In this document: positions 13,511 to 27,167 of the stretch, piece by piece
Layout of the letters: each line of letters opens with the position of its first letter
Numbering within the stretch: position 1 is the stretch's first letter
Source of the DNA: Antedon mediterranea
Taxonomy: Eukaryota > Animalia > Echinodermata
Direction: 5' to 3'
Assembly: GCF_964355755.1 (NCBI RefSeq)
Contig: NC_092672.1
Location: 38,898,183 to 38,962,182, forward strand
Length of the DNA: 64,000 nucleotides
Translations under genes and position numbers: made by a program
The notes under the pieces: model-generated
What the model was told of the DNA's origin: nothing
The model's input: only the letters and a program-made list of their open reading frames with translations
Databases searched by the model: none

Positions 13511-16500
13511 ATGTTATCTTACTGTCGAACTGGGGCAGCAAGATGGACAAAATCAACGCAGCTGTTAGTGTTACCTTTTCAACGATCAAAGTCTTCAGCC
13601 CCAGCAGAGTCGAAGCTGATCGCCGCCGAAGAAGATTCACAGAACGTAGTAGTAGGAAGTGATGTTCGTTCGTCGGCCGCCGGAGGGACCCCGTTTGATA
13701 AACTAAACCTGGAATTTGACAGTCCTGAAGAGGCCTACAAAAGCAAATCGTTTACTGAAATTCTTCGAGCTTTAGCTGTATTTAAATTATGTCAATTTGA
13801 TATACTCGTTAATAAAAACAAGGAGGTACTTTATTCATAATTTTGTAGCTATTACTTTTTAGTCCATCCTGTGGAGTAATGTAGGCCAGTATACCTGTCT
13901 GTAGAGTAGTGTAGTATTAAGTATATTACTTATTTATTAGGGTTACCGTGATTAGAGGCCAGGTAGAGGTGAAGGCCGATTTCATAGTTTATTATTAAAA
14001 TAGACCCTAATGACAATTACTAGTTAGTTAGCCTAAATTCTAAATGTTGTTTAGACTTAAAATAAAAATTACTATAGGAAAGGTAGTTAAAAATGAGTAA
14101 AATATAAAAGTAATTTTGGTCTTTAGAATATTAATTTTCACTTGTGTGTATATAAAAGCGGCTGTTTTGTGTGATCGTTCCTTCACTCACATTCATCAAG
14201 TGACAGTTGGCGTAGATAAATGTTTTCTTAATTTTCAGATTTTGAAGTTATCAAGACGTTTGCTAGGAAAGAGACTTTTTAACAATGTTATGCAAGCCAC
14301 CTTTTATGGTCACTTTGTGGCTGGAGCTGACCAGCCATCTATCCAGCCAATAATTACAAAACTGGAATCATTTGGTGTTGGTGCTATACTGGATTATGGT
14401 GTGGAAGAGGATATACCTCACAATGAGGCTGTTGTAGCTGAGATGGAGTAAAGAAATTTACAAATACTCTTTTCACACCTGCAAAAAGTAACACGTAATC
14501 AGGTTCGGATGTAGTGTAAAAACAATATTTTGGGAAATATTCTGAGATTTCGAAAAGGGACCCATATGAAATCTCAGGGAGAAAAACACTGATGAGAGAC
14601 CTGTCCGAGATGTCCTTTTTACTGTATGTGCATGTATTGCCCTGGTATTATACTGACCAATCATAGTAATCAAATAGCGCGCAACTATGCTTTTTCTTGA
14701 GATTTCTCACGGTTTGTGAAAACGTAAATCAGGAGATCAAACCTGGTTACAACTTATAACAACTTATGCAGATGTGAAAAGGGTATTATATGTAGCTGTG
14801 TACATATTGGAGAAACTACTTTCATAGATTTTCAAAAACTGCTACTGCAATATGTTCCTTTTTTAGATTTACTATTAATGAATAAACATGGTACAACACA
14901 TTTTGATATTTAATAGCACATATGGTCTTTGCTACTTTTTTATATAATAATACTGGTATATGTTTTTACCAATACTTTGGTTATTTAATTCAAAATATGT
15001 CTCTTAAACAAACATAACATACTACCGCTACTAGAATACCATTAGTACAGTATATGATGAAAGAATTAAACTTAACATATTTTTACTCAAAATAGCATAA
15101 ATATATTGTTAACCTTTACATACTATATTTTCTGCCCTGTTTTACCATCCATTTGTGGCTTTAACCTATCATAACAGAATCACAAGCCTTGCTTAAATAT
15201 ACAATATCTAGAAACTAACATATTTAAAGTCATCATAGATACTTCAAATAGCTGTGTTGTCCATGTTCCAACTAAATTTTCTTTATACAATACAGTATTT
15301 GATATTATATTTTAAACTGTTTTTTTTTCAGGTCATGTGTATCTGAAGCAGACAAAAAAGATCCAGGTATGGTATAACGAAATACATAGTATTAATATTG
15401 TTTTTAATATTAACTCAGTTTATTGCATTATTCAACTCTATCAAAACATATTTGTTGTGACCGTAAAATCAATTTATATTTAACATTAATCTTTCAGCAA
15501 ACATTTTTATTGTAACATAACCTAGGTAACAGAAGGAGAAATTATATTGCTTGCACTGCACAAGAAGAACAATTATATAATAAAATGAAAAGTAAAAACA
15601 GACTATTAATTTAATAATGAATGGTTGGCATTAAAATGTATTGTTTTCAAAGAATGTTTGTTACATTGATAACTGACCTCATCCCTCTATGGTCTTTTGT
15701 GAATTTGATTTCTGCTGTTATCTCCCTAATGCACAGTATGGCCTTTGTCTTTGATACAAAACATAATAACTCCTATATGGAAATGTAAAGTTCAATTTAA
15801 CATACTGTACAATTCCATTGTAATGTAATATCCTAATTATTATCTTGTTTTTAAATAGATATCCATAATGAAAAGTTCAAAGCTTATCCCCAGTTTGCTG
15901 ACAGACGTAAAGATGTGTCTAGTGCCAGGACGTACTTCTACAAAGATGAACACAAATGTGATCAAAACCTGCAGACCCTTCTTCAGTGTGTTGATGCTTC
16001 TGGTATGTGACCTATCATAACATTTTAATCACAAATGTGATCAAAACCTGCACACCCTTCTTCAGTGTGTTGATGCTGGTATGTGACCTATCATAACATT
16101 TTAATCACAAATGTGATCAAAACCTGCACACCCTTCTTCAGTGTGTTGATGCTTCTGGTATGTTACCTATCATAACATTTTAATCACAAATGTGATCAAA
16201 ACCTGCACACCATTCTTCAGTGTGTTGATGCTGGTATGTGACCTATCATAACATTTTAATCACAAATGTGATCAAAACCTGCACACCCTTCTTCAGTGTG
16301 TTGATGCTTCTGGTATGTTACCTATCATAACATTTTAATCACAAATGTGATCAAAACCTGCACACCCTTCTTCAGTGTGTTGATGCTGGTATGTGACCTA
16401 TCATAACATTTTAATCACAAATGTGATCAAAACCTGCACACCCTTCTTCAGTGTGTTGATGCTGGTATGTGACCTATCATAACATTTTAATCACAAATGT

Positions 16501-19500
16501 GATCAAAACCTGCAGACCCTTCTTCAGTGTGTTGATGCTGGTATGTGACCTATCATAACATTTTAATCACAAATGTGATCAAAACCTGCACACCCTTCTT
16601 CAGTGTGTTGATGCTGGTATGTGACCTATCATAACATTTTAATCACAAATGTGATCAAAACCTGCACACCCTTCTTCAGTGTGTTGATGCTTCTGGTATG
16701 TGACCTATCATAACATTTTAATCACAAATGTGATCAAAACCTGCAGACCCTTCTTCAGTGTGTTGATGCTTCTGGTATGTTACCTATCATAACATTTTAA
16801 TCACAAATGTGATCAAAACCTGCACACCCTTCTTCAGTGTGTTGATGCTGGTATGTGACCTATCATAACATTTTAATCACAAATGTGATCAAAACCTGCA
16901 CACCCTTCTTCAGTGTGTTGATGCTGGTATGTGACCTATCATAACATTTTAATCACAAATGTGATCAAAACCTGCACACCCTTCTTCAGTGTGTTGATGC
17001 TTCTGGTATGTTACCTATCATAACATTTTAATCACAAATGTGATCAAAACCTGCACACCCTTCTTCAGTGTGTTGATGCTGGTATGTTACCTATCATAAC
17101 ATTTTAATGTTTAAGTGTATTATTTCAAATACATTTTACAGTAATAATTCACTTGATTTTTTCCCATGCTTAAAGACCCCTTCCCTGCAATTTTGGACGT
17201 TTTTTGGAAAATAATACATATATATCACTTTAAAAACATTAAACCATGTCATTCCTTGTCTTAAATGTACGTTTTATGGTAAATTATGATAAAAAGTGAG
17301 AAACAATGCACTACCTAAGTAGCTCGCGGCGATCGACTTCTCGTGGACGGTCTTAGGCCTAGCCTAGCTAGGCTTAGTTTTGTAGGCCTAGCTGGTAAAC
17401 ATCGATAACGTACGAACATCGTACGCTAGCTATATACCTAGCCTGACGTTGCATAGTTGCTGCATTAATTGTCTTTCTATTTTTGCCAGACTCCGTTGAT
17501 ACAAATTGGGGAAAACCCGGTATTTTCGCTGAAAAGTTAGGAGTCTTCCATTTGTTTTGGCTTCACGATCGATCGAAAAGTGGGCGAATTACAGGTGAAA
17601 AACAAAAATATCAATCCGCGCGCAATGCATTTTGGGATTTATAGCGGGCCGCTATAATTATTAGAATCGATTTATTTTTCACATTTTTAACCGTTTAAAG
17701 ACGAAAAAAGTTATTGCAATAGGACCATATAGTATTATTTTTACATTAAATATAGTTTGTGATCTTAAATTATATCTAAAAAACGTAGGGAATGGGGCTT
17801 TAACATTTGTGTTTTATTTCTAGGTGCATCATCTGAAAATGGCTTTGCAGCTGTAAAACTGACAGCCTTAGGACGCCCTCAACTCTTGGTATGTTTATAT
17901 TTACTAATATAAGCATGTGATAGGCATTACACCAAAGAACTTATAACACAAGAATCTCCTGTTCTTCAATTTGCATTCAAAACACAGTATCGGAAGTACA
18001 GGGTTAAAAGGTCAAACTGGGCGACGCCATTACACAGCATGGAGCAGCGCCCTCTCCAAACTAGGAAGTCAAAACTATTAATTCGCATAGAGGGCTCAGT
18101 CGATTACTCTATCCCCCTGTAGTATTAGCAGATTCCCTCTATGATTTTGACTTTCTAATTTGATGCGGGCGCGCTACTCCATGGCTCACAATGGCGCAAC
18201 CCCCATTAGCTCTATTCTATCCTACAATGCCTTTCGAAATTGTTACAAGCTTTGGACGAACAGGAGATTCTCGTGTTATAAGTTCTTTGATTACACATTG
18301 TGATAGGCATTACACAGTGTTGATTATCATTACACAGTGTTGAAAGGAATGTTACATTTTTAATTACAGTTAAACTTGTCAGAAGTGCTAACCAAAACAC
18401 GTAATCTATTTGTGCAATTTGCCGGAACTCTAGGGAATCTTAAAGATAGGAAATTAACCAAAGAACAATTTGAAGCCCAGTTACAAGCAATGGGGATTAT
18501 TACAAGGGATAATTCAGGTGATTGGTTCACTTGGATGGATTATGACCAAGATGGGTAAGACACATGTTTGTTGTTATTAACAATAAGGATTATTACAAGG
18601 GATAATTCAGAGGATTGGTTCACTTGGATGGATTATGACCAAGATGGGTAAGACACTTGTTTGTTTGTTATTAACAATAGAGATTATTACAAGGGATAAT
18701 TTAGAGGATTGGTTCACTTGGATGGATGACCAAGATGGGTAAGACACTTGTTTGTTGTTACTAACAATAGGGATTATTACAAGGGATAATTTAGAGGATT
18801 GGTTCACTTGGATGTATTATGACCAAGATGGGTAAGACACTTGTTTGTTGTTACTAACAATAGGGATTATTACAAGGGATAATTCAGAGGATTGGTTCAC
18901 TTGGATGGATTATGACCAAGATGGGTAATACACTTGTTTGTTGTTACTAACAATAGGGATTATTACAAGGGATAATTTAGAGGATTGTGGTTCACTTGGA
19001 TGGATGACCAAGATGGGTAAGACAATTGTTTGTTGTTACTAACAATAGGGATTATTACAAGAGATAATTTAGAGGATTGGTTCACTTGGATGGATGACCA
19101 AGATGGGTAAGACACTTGTTTGTTGTTACTGACAATAGGGATTATTACAAGGGATAATTCAGAGGATTGGTTCACTTGGATGGATTATGACCAAGATGGG
19201 TAAGACACTTGTTTGTTGTTACTAACAATAGGGATTATCACAAGGGATAATTTAGAGGATTGGTTCACTTGGATGGATTATGACCAAGATGGGTAAGACA
19301 CTTGTTTGTTTGTTACTAACAATAGGGATTATTACAAGGGATAATTTAGAGGATTGGTTCACTTGGATGGATGACCAAGATGGGTAAGACACTTGTTTGT
19401 TGTTACTGACAATAGGGATTATTACAAGGGATAATTCAGAGGATTGGTTCACTTGGATGGATTATGACCAAGATGGGTAAGACACTTGTTTGTTTGTTAC

Positions 19501-22500
19501 TAACAATAGGGATTATTACAAGGGATAATTTAGAGGATTGGTTCACTTGGATGGATTATGACCAAGATGGGTAAGACACTTGTTTGTTTGTTACTAACAA
19601 TAGGGATTATTACAAGGGATAATTTAGAGGATTTTGTGGTTCACTTGGATGGATGACCAAGATGGGTAAGACACTTGTTTGTTGTTACTAACAATAGGGA
19701 TTATTACAAGGGATAATTTAGAGGATTGTGGTTCACTTGGATGGATTATGACCAAGATGGGTAAGACACTTGTTTGTTGTTACTAACAATAGGGATTATT
19801 ACAAGGGATAATTTAGAGGATTGTGGTTCACTTGGATGGATTATGACCAAGATGGGTAAGACACTTGTTTGTTGTTACTAACAATAGGGATTATCACAAG
19901 GGATAATTTAGAGGATTGGTTCACTTGGATGGATTATGACCAAGATGGGTAAGACACTTGTTTGTTTGTTATTAACAATAGGGATTATTACAAGGGATAA
20001 TTTAGAGGATTGGTTCACTTGGATGGATGACCAAGATGGGTAAGACACTTGTTTGTTGTTACTAACAATAGGGATTATTACAAGGGATAATTCAGGTGAT
20101 TGGTTCGCTTGGATGGATTATGACCAAGATGGGTAAGACACTTGTTTGTTGTTACTAACAATAGGGATTATCACAAGGGATAATTTAGAGGATTGGTTCA
20201 CTTGGATGGATTATGACCAAGATGGGTAAGACACTTGTTTGTTTGTTACTAACAATAGGGATTATCACAAGGGATAATTCAGTAGATTGATTCACTTGGA
20301 TGGATTATGACTTTATATTTCAGACTATTAAATATCTTTTTTTTTCTATGTTTCTTGATTTATAATTTAACAGAAAAATAGATCTTTTGGAATGGGAGGC
20401 ATTGTTGCAACCAAATCACAGACTTCATAAAATATTTAAAATTCCAAACTTTAAGGTTAGTTCTTTTTTCAAATGTATATAGAAGTAGTTTGTATCAGCT
20501 GCTGCTTTTACAGATTTTTTTCGAGAATTTTTTCAACTTCCGTAAATTCTTGATTGACACAGAAATGTTTAAGGTGATATTGTGAATAATTTTTTCGAAC
20601 TTCCGACACCATAGTAAAATTAAGATAAACTTTACAAAATTCTTTTAGTTTTAGAATAGAAAGCAGTATAACATGTGTATCAACAAACTTGGCTACATCA
20701 AAAATGTATGTAAACATATTCTCCTTCAACATATCTTGTTAAATAATAATAATAATAATAAGTTATTTTATTCTTCCAGACTGGGAAATTAGAACCATTG
20801 TTAATTTCTTTACCAGCAGAAGAGGAAGCACAGATGAAATCAATGTTACATAGAATTAATAAGTTAGCTAAGGTAATTGTTTTAATTTCAAAATTCTAAT
20901 ATGAAAATTGCATTCAAAAAATATTTTGTGTGGTATTCAGTTGGAGAAGTGTATTTTCTGCTAATATTAAATAAATAATAAATAAATTATGAAAGAGCCT
21001 TCCTTTTTTTAAATCTCAATATATGATGTTTACTCTCATGGAATAGGAATGTTTGTGCCACCAATTTTGAGGCTAAAAATGGGGATTTATATTACACTTG
21101 ATTGTGGTCATACATACTTGTATCCACATTACCTTAAGATATTATGTAAAATGTTTATATATCCTTTATATATTATGTATCTATTTGTAGAGAGCAGAAG
21201 AAAAGAATGTTCGATTAATGATTGATGCTGAACAGTCATACTTTCAACCAGCCATCAGTCGTTTAACAATTGAAATGATGAGAAAATTTAACAAGAAAAA
21301 GCCTGTTATCTTCAACACATACCAATGTTATTTAAAGGTACCTATAGTAGAACCTTACCTTTGAGACACCTATTAAGGGAATCTTTACTGTGAAATGAAT
21401 AGTAGAACCTTACCTTTGAGACACCTCTATTAAGGGAATCTTTACTGTGAAATGAATAGTAGAACCTTACCTTTGAGACACCCCTATTAAGGGAATCTTT
21501 ACTGTGAAATGAATAGTAGAACCTTACCTTTGAGACACCCCTATTAAGGGAATCTTTACTGTGAAATGAATAGTAGAACCTTACCTTTGAGACACCCCTA
21601 TTAAGGGAATCTTTACTGTGAAATGAATAGTAGAACCTTACCTTTAAGACACCCCTATTAAGGGAATCTTTACTGTGAAATGAATAGTAGAACCTTACCT
21701 TTGAGACACCTCTATTAAGGGAATCTTTACTGTGAAATTAATAGTAGAACCTTACCTTTGAGACACCTCTATTAAGGGAATCTTTACTGTGAAATGAATA
21801 GTAGAACCTTACCTTTGAGACACCTCTATTAAGGGAATCTTTACTGTGAAATGAATAGTAGAACCTTACCTTTGAGACACCTCTATTAAGGGAATCTTTA
21901 CTGTGAAATGAATAGTAGAACCTTACCTTTGAGACACCTCTATTAAGGGAATCTTTACTGTGAAATGAATAGTAGAACCTTACCTTTGAGACACCCCTAT
22001 TAAGGGAATCTTTACTGTGAAATGAATAGTAGAACCTTACCTTTGAGACACCTCTATTAAGGGAATCTTTAATGTGAAATGAATAGTAGAACCTTACCTT
22101 TGAGACACCTCTATTAAGGGAATCTTTACTGTGAAATGAATAGTTGAACCTTACCTTTGAGACACCTCTATTAAGGGAATCTTTACTGTGAAATGAATAG
22201 TAGAACCTTACCTTTGAGACACCCCTATTAAGGGAATCTTTACTGTGAAATGAATAGTAGAACCTTACCTTTGAGACACCTCTATTAAGGGAATCTTTAC
22301 TGTGAAATGAATAGTAGAACCTTACCTTTCAGACACCTCTATTAAGGGAATCTTTACTGTGAAATGAATAGTAGAACCTTACCTTTGAGACACCTCTATT
22401 AAGGGAATCTTTACTGTGAAATGAATAGTAGAACCTTACCTTTGAGACACCTATTAAGGGAATCTTTACTGTGAAATGAATAGTAGAACCTTACCTTTGA

Positions 22501-25500
22501 GACACCCCTATTAAGGGAATCTTTACTGTGAAATGAATAGTAGAACCTTACCTTTGAGACACCTCTATTAAGGGAATCTTTACTGTGAAATGAATAGTAG
22601 AACCTTACCTTTGAGACACCTCTATTAAGGGAATCTTTACTGTGAAATGAATAGTAGAACCTTACCTTTGAGACACCCCTATTAAAGGAATCTTTACTGT
22701 GAAATGAATAGTAGAACCTTACCTTTGAGACACCTCTATTAAGGGAATCTTTACTGTGAAATGAATAGTAGAACCTTACCTTTGAGACACCCCTATTAAG
22801 GGAATCTTTACTGTGAAATGAATAGTAGAACCTTACCTTTGAGGCACCTCTATTAAGGGAATCTTTACTGTGAAATGAATAGTAGAACCTTACCTTTGAG
22901 GCACCCCTATTAAAGGAATCTTTACTGTGAAATGAATAGTAGAACCTTACCTTTGAGGCACCTCTATTAAGGGAATCTTTACTGTGAAATGAATAGTAGA
23001 ACCTTACCTTTGAGACACCTCTATTAAGGGAATCTTTACTGTGAAATGAATAGTAGAACCTTACCTTTGAGACACCTCTATTAAGGGAATCTTTACTGTG
23101 AAATGAATAGTAGAACCTTACCTTTGAGACACCTCTATTAAGGGAATCTTTACTGTGAAATGAATAGTAGAACCTTACCTTTGAGACACCTCTATTAAGG
23201 GAATCTTTACTGTGAAATGAATAGTAGAACCTTACCTTTGAGACACCCCTATTAAGGGAATCTTTACTGTGAAATGAATAGTAGAACCTTACCTTTGAGA
23301 CACCTCTATTAAGGGAATCTTTACTGTGAAATGAATAGTAGAACCTTACCTTTCAGACACCTCTATTAAGGGAATCTTTACTGTGAAATGAATAGTAGAA
23401 CCTTACCTTTGAGTCACCCCTATTAAGGGAATCTTTACTGTGAAATGAATAGTAGAACCTTACCTTTGAGACACCTCTATTAAGGGAATCTTTACTGTGA
23501 AATGAATAGTAGAACCTTACCTTTGAGACACCTCTATTAAGGGAATCTTTACTGTGAAATGAATAGTAGAACCTTACCTTTGAGACACCTATTAAGGGAA
23601 TCTTTACTGTGAAATGAATAGTAGAACCTTACCTTTGAGACACCCCTATTAAGGGAATCTTTACTGTGAAATGAATAGTAGAACCTTACCTTTGAGACAC
23701 CTCTATTAAGGGAATCTTTACTGTGAAATGAATAGTAGAACCTTACCTTTGAGACACCTCTATTAAGGGAATCTTTACTGTGAAATGAATAGTAGAACCT
23801 TACCTTTGAGACACCCCTATTAAGGGAATCTTTACTGTGAAATGAATAGTAGAACCTTACCTTTCAGACACCTCTATTAAGGGAATCTTTACTGTGAAAT
23901 GAATAGTAGAACCTTACCTTTGAGACACCCCTATTAAGGGAATCTTTACTGTGAAATGAATAGTAGAACCTTACCTTTGAGGCACCTCTATTAAGGGAAT
24001 CTTTACTGTGAAATGAATAGTAGAACCTTACCTTTGAGGCACCCCTATTAAAGGAATCTTTACTGTGAAATGAATAGTAGAACCTTACCTTTGAGGCACC
24101 TCTATTAAGGGAATCTTTACTGTGAAATGAATAGTAGAACCTTACCTTTGAGGCACCCCTATTAAAGGAATCTTTACTGTGAAATGAATAGTAGAACCTT
24201 GCCTTTGAGACACCTCTATTAAGGGAATCTTTACTGTGAAATGAATAGTAGAACCTTACCTTTGAGACACCTCTATTAAGGAAATCTTTACTGTGAAATG
24301 AATAGTAGAACCTTACCTTTCAGACACCCCTATTAAGGGAATCTTTACTGTGAAATGAATAGTAGAACCTTACCTTTGAGGCACCCCTATTAAGGGAATC
24401 TTTACTGTGAAATGAATAGTAGAACCTTACCTTTGAGACACCTCTATTAAGGGAATCTTTACTGTGAAATGAATAGTAGAACCTTACCTTTGAGACACCC
24501 CTATTAAGGGAATCTTTACTGTGAAATGAATAGTAGAACCTTACCTTTGAGACACCCCTATTAAGGGAATCTTTACTGTGAAATGAATAGTAGAACCTTA
24601 CCTTTGAGACACCTCTATTAAGGGAATCTTTACTGTGAAATGAATAGTAGAACCTTACCTTTGAGACACCCCTATTAAGGGAATCTTTACTGTGAAATGA
24701 ATAGTAGAACCTTACCTTTGAGACACCTCTATTAAGGGAATCTTTACTGTGAAATGAATAGTAGAACCTTACCTTTGAGACACCTCTATTAAGAGAATCT
24801 TTACTGTGAAATGAATAGTAGAACCTTACCTTTGAGACACTTCTATTAAGGGAATCTTTACTGTGAAATGAATAGTAGAACCTTACCTTTGAGGCACCTC
24901 TATTAAGAGAATCTTTACTGTGAAATGAATAGTAGAACCTTACCTTTGAGGCACCTCTATTAAGAGAATCTTTACTGTGAAATGAATAGTAGAACCTTAC
25001 CTTTGAGGCACCTCTATTAAGGGAATCTCTACTGTGAAATGAATAGTAGAACCTTACCTTTGAGACACCTCTATTAAGGGAATCTTTACTGTGAAATGAA
25101 TAGTAGAACCTTACCTTTCAGACACCTCTATTAAGGGAATCTTTACTGTGAAATGAATAGTAGAACCTTACCTTTGAGAAACCTCTTTTAAGGGAATCTT
25201 TACTGTGAAATGAATAGTAGAACCTTACCTTTCAGACACCTCTATTAAGGGAATCTTTACTGTGAAATGAATAGTAGAACCTTACCTTTGAGACACCTCT
25301 ATTAAGGGAATCTTTACTGTGAAATGAATAGTAGAACCTTACCTTTGAGACACCTCTATTAAGGGAATCTTTACTGTGAAATGAATAGTAGAACCTTACC
25401 TTTGAGACACCTCTATTAAGGGAATCTTTACTATGAAATGAATAGTAGAACCTTACCTTTGAGTCACCCCTATTAAGGGAATCTTTACTGTGAAATGAAT

Positions 25501-26955
25501 AGTAGAACCTTACCTTTGAGACACCTCTATTAAGGGAATCTTTACTGTGAAATGAATAGTAGAACCTTACCTTTGAGACACCTCTATTAAGGGAATCTTT
25601 ACTGTGAAATGAATAGTAGAACCTTACCTTTGAGACACCTCTATTAAGGGAATCTTGACTGTGAAATGAATAGTAGAACCTTACCTTTGAGACACCCCTA
25701 TTAAGGGAATCTTTACTGTGAAATGAATAGTAGAACCTTACCTTTGAGGCACCTCTATTAAGGAAATCTTTACTGTGAAATGAATAGTAGAACCTTACCT
25801 TTGAGACACCCCTATTAAGGGAATCTTTTCTGTGAAATGAGGGGCAATTACAAAAGCCATTAGATGATATATGACATACTCAATTGTAATGAAAATATTT
25901 CTACTGTTTAACAATCTTTATTGAACAAATTTTAGGAAGCTTTTAACAATCTAACAGTTGACATGACCTTAGCAAAGAGGGAAGGTTTTTATTTTGGTGC
26001 TAAACTTGTGCGTGGTGCGTACATGGATCAAGAACGTAAACGGGCATCTGAGATAGGCTATGAGGATCCTATCAATCCCAACTATGACAGTACAGATGCG
26101 ATGTATCACCAATGTCTAGGCTACATACTAAAGAAGATCCAATCTACTGGTGGTATTAATGTGATGGTGGCATCCCATAATGAGGACACTGTAAGAAGGG
26201 CAGTAGAACTGTGAGTTTATTAGAACAGCATGATAATATCATTACTGGCTCAGTGATAAATCTCTTTTTTATTGTACTTTAAAAAAGGAATGAAATATTA
26301 TATTAATAAATGTACTATTTTCCATCTATATCATTACTTTAATATTTATAAATCTAATTTGTTCACAGAATGAATGAGTTGGGCATTGGTCCCAAAGAGA
26401 ATCTTGTTTATTTTGGACAATTGCTTGGAATGTGTGATCAAGTGTCCTTCCCGTTAGGTAAATAGATTTTAGAAAAGATAATTATTGTTGTGATAATGTG
26501 ATTGTGATGATAAAAAAGAATTGTATACACTGTAATGTTATGATGGTGCTCAGCTGATAGATAACAATAATTGTTATGATGATTTCTGTAATGTTATGAT
26601 GGTGCTCAGCTGATAGATAACGATAATTGTTATGATGATATCTGTAATGTTATGATGGTGCTCAGCTGATAGATAACAATAATTGTTATGATGATTTCTG
26701 TACTGTACTGTACTGTACTGTTATGATGGGATAGTAGTATCATAATGTTGTTGGTGATGGTGATGTTTCATTTTGTTAATTCTAGGTCAAGCAGGATATT
26801 CAGTTTATAAATATGTACCATATGGACCAGTTGAGGAAGTCCTTCCATATCTTTCCCGAAGAGCATTAGAAAATAGAGGCATGTTGAAGGGTGTAGAGAA
26901 AGAGCGTAGTATGTTATGGACAGAAGTAAAACGACGTACTGCTCACAGAAGCTAA
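13511..26955 (+). CDS. PRODH: Proline dehydrogenase 1, mitochondrial (12 exons)
   Basis: Exons 13511-13825, 14239-14447, 15332-15366, 15859-16002, 17824-17888, 18370-18554, 20374-20455, 20780-20872, 21191-21337, 25936-26210, 26369-26457, 26786-26955, all GT-AG and phase-compatible. Motifs [79 protein letters not shown]. Confidence 0.96.
14466..14784. mobile_element. MITE with imperfect TIR of about 24 bp, PIF/Harbinger-like terminus
   Basis: Left ACTCTTTTCACACCTGCAAAAAGT versus reverse complement of right end ACCCTTTTCACATCTGCATAAGT. TSD is imperfect (AAT/ATT). Confidence 0.55.
15951..17108 (+). repeat. 76/79-bp tandem array made of the last 52 nt of PRODH exon 4 plus donor and 27 nt of intron, about 15 copies
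   Basis: Unit CACAAATGTGATCAAAACCTGCAGACCCTTCTTCAGTGTGTTGATGCT(TCT)G|GTATGTGACCTATCATAACATTTTAAT. Confidence 0.97.
17174..17799. mobile_element. Non-autonomous Kolobok-like DNA transposon
   Basis: TTAA on both sides (17170-17173, 17800-17803). Termini AGACCCCTTCCCTGC / GTAGGGAATGGGGCT (AG..CT, imperfect TIR). Confidence 0.7.
17933..18289. mobile_element. Foldback MITE, P-element-like
   Basis: 32-bp TIR CAAAGAACTTATAACAC(A/G)AGAATCTCCTGTTC (31/32), 7-bp TSD ATTACAC (17926-17932, 18290-18296), CA..TG ends and additional internal inverted arms. Confidence 0.85.
18489..20311 (+). repeat. Tandem array of about 93 bp made of the 3' end of PRODH exon 6 plus donor and intron start, about 19-20 copies
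   Basis: Unit GGGATTATTACAAGGGATAATTYAGAGGATTGGTTCACTTGGATGGATTATGACCAAGATGG|GTAAGACACTTGTTTGTTGTTACTAACAATA. Confidence 0.97.
21344..25840. repeat. 57-bp tandem satellite, about 79 copies, filling PRODH intron 9
   Basis: Unit ATAGTAGAACCTTACCTTTGAGACACCTCTATTAAGGGAATCTTTACTGTGAAATGA. Begins 6 nt into the intron. Confidence 0.98.
26530..26700. repeat. 56-bp tandem repeat, 3 copies, PRODH intron 11
   Basis: CTGTAATGTTATGATGGTGCTCAGCTGATAGATAAC at 26530, 26586 and 26642. Confidence 0.9.
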
Positions 26956-27167
26956 AATCATTTACAAATATTTAACAAATTATTTATGTACTTTGGTTTG
27001 TAAATGTATACTAAAAAGTGCTGGAAAAATGAGTAAAGAAAGAGAGTAGTTAAAAAACTAATAAAACATTATTTGGTGTGGTTCTCCAAGGTTAACAATG
27101 GGAAGCTTTAAGGTTTGTATTTTTATAATATAAAATATGTCAATGCAATTTGCAAACAATTGTGAAC

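Noticed and set aside
18607-19452. Repeated minus-strand ORFs in the exon 6 array, and the idea that the copies are extra coding exons
   Set aside because: Copies lack acceptors and contain frame-breaking indels and stops.
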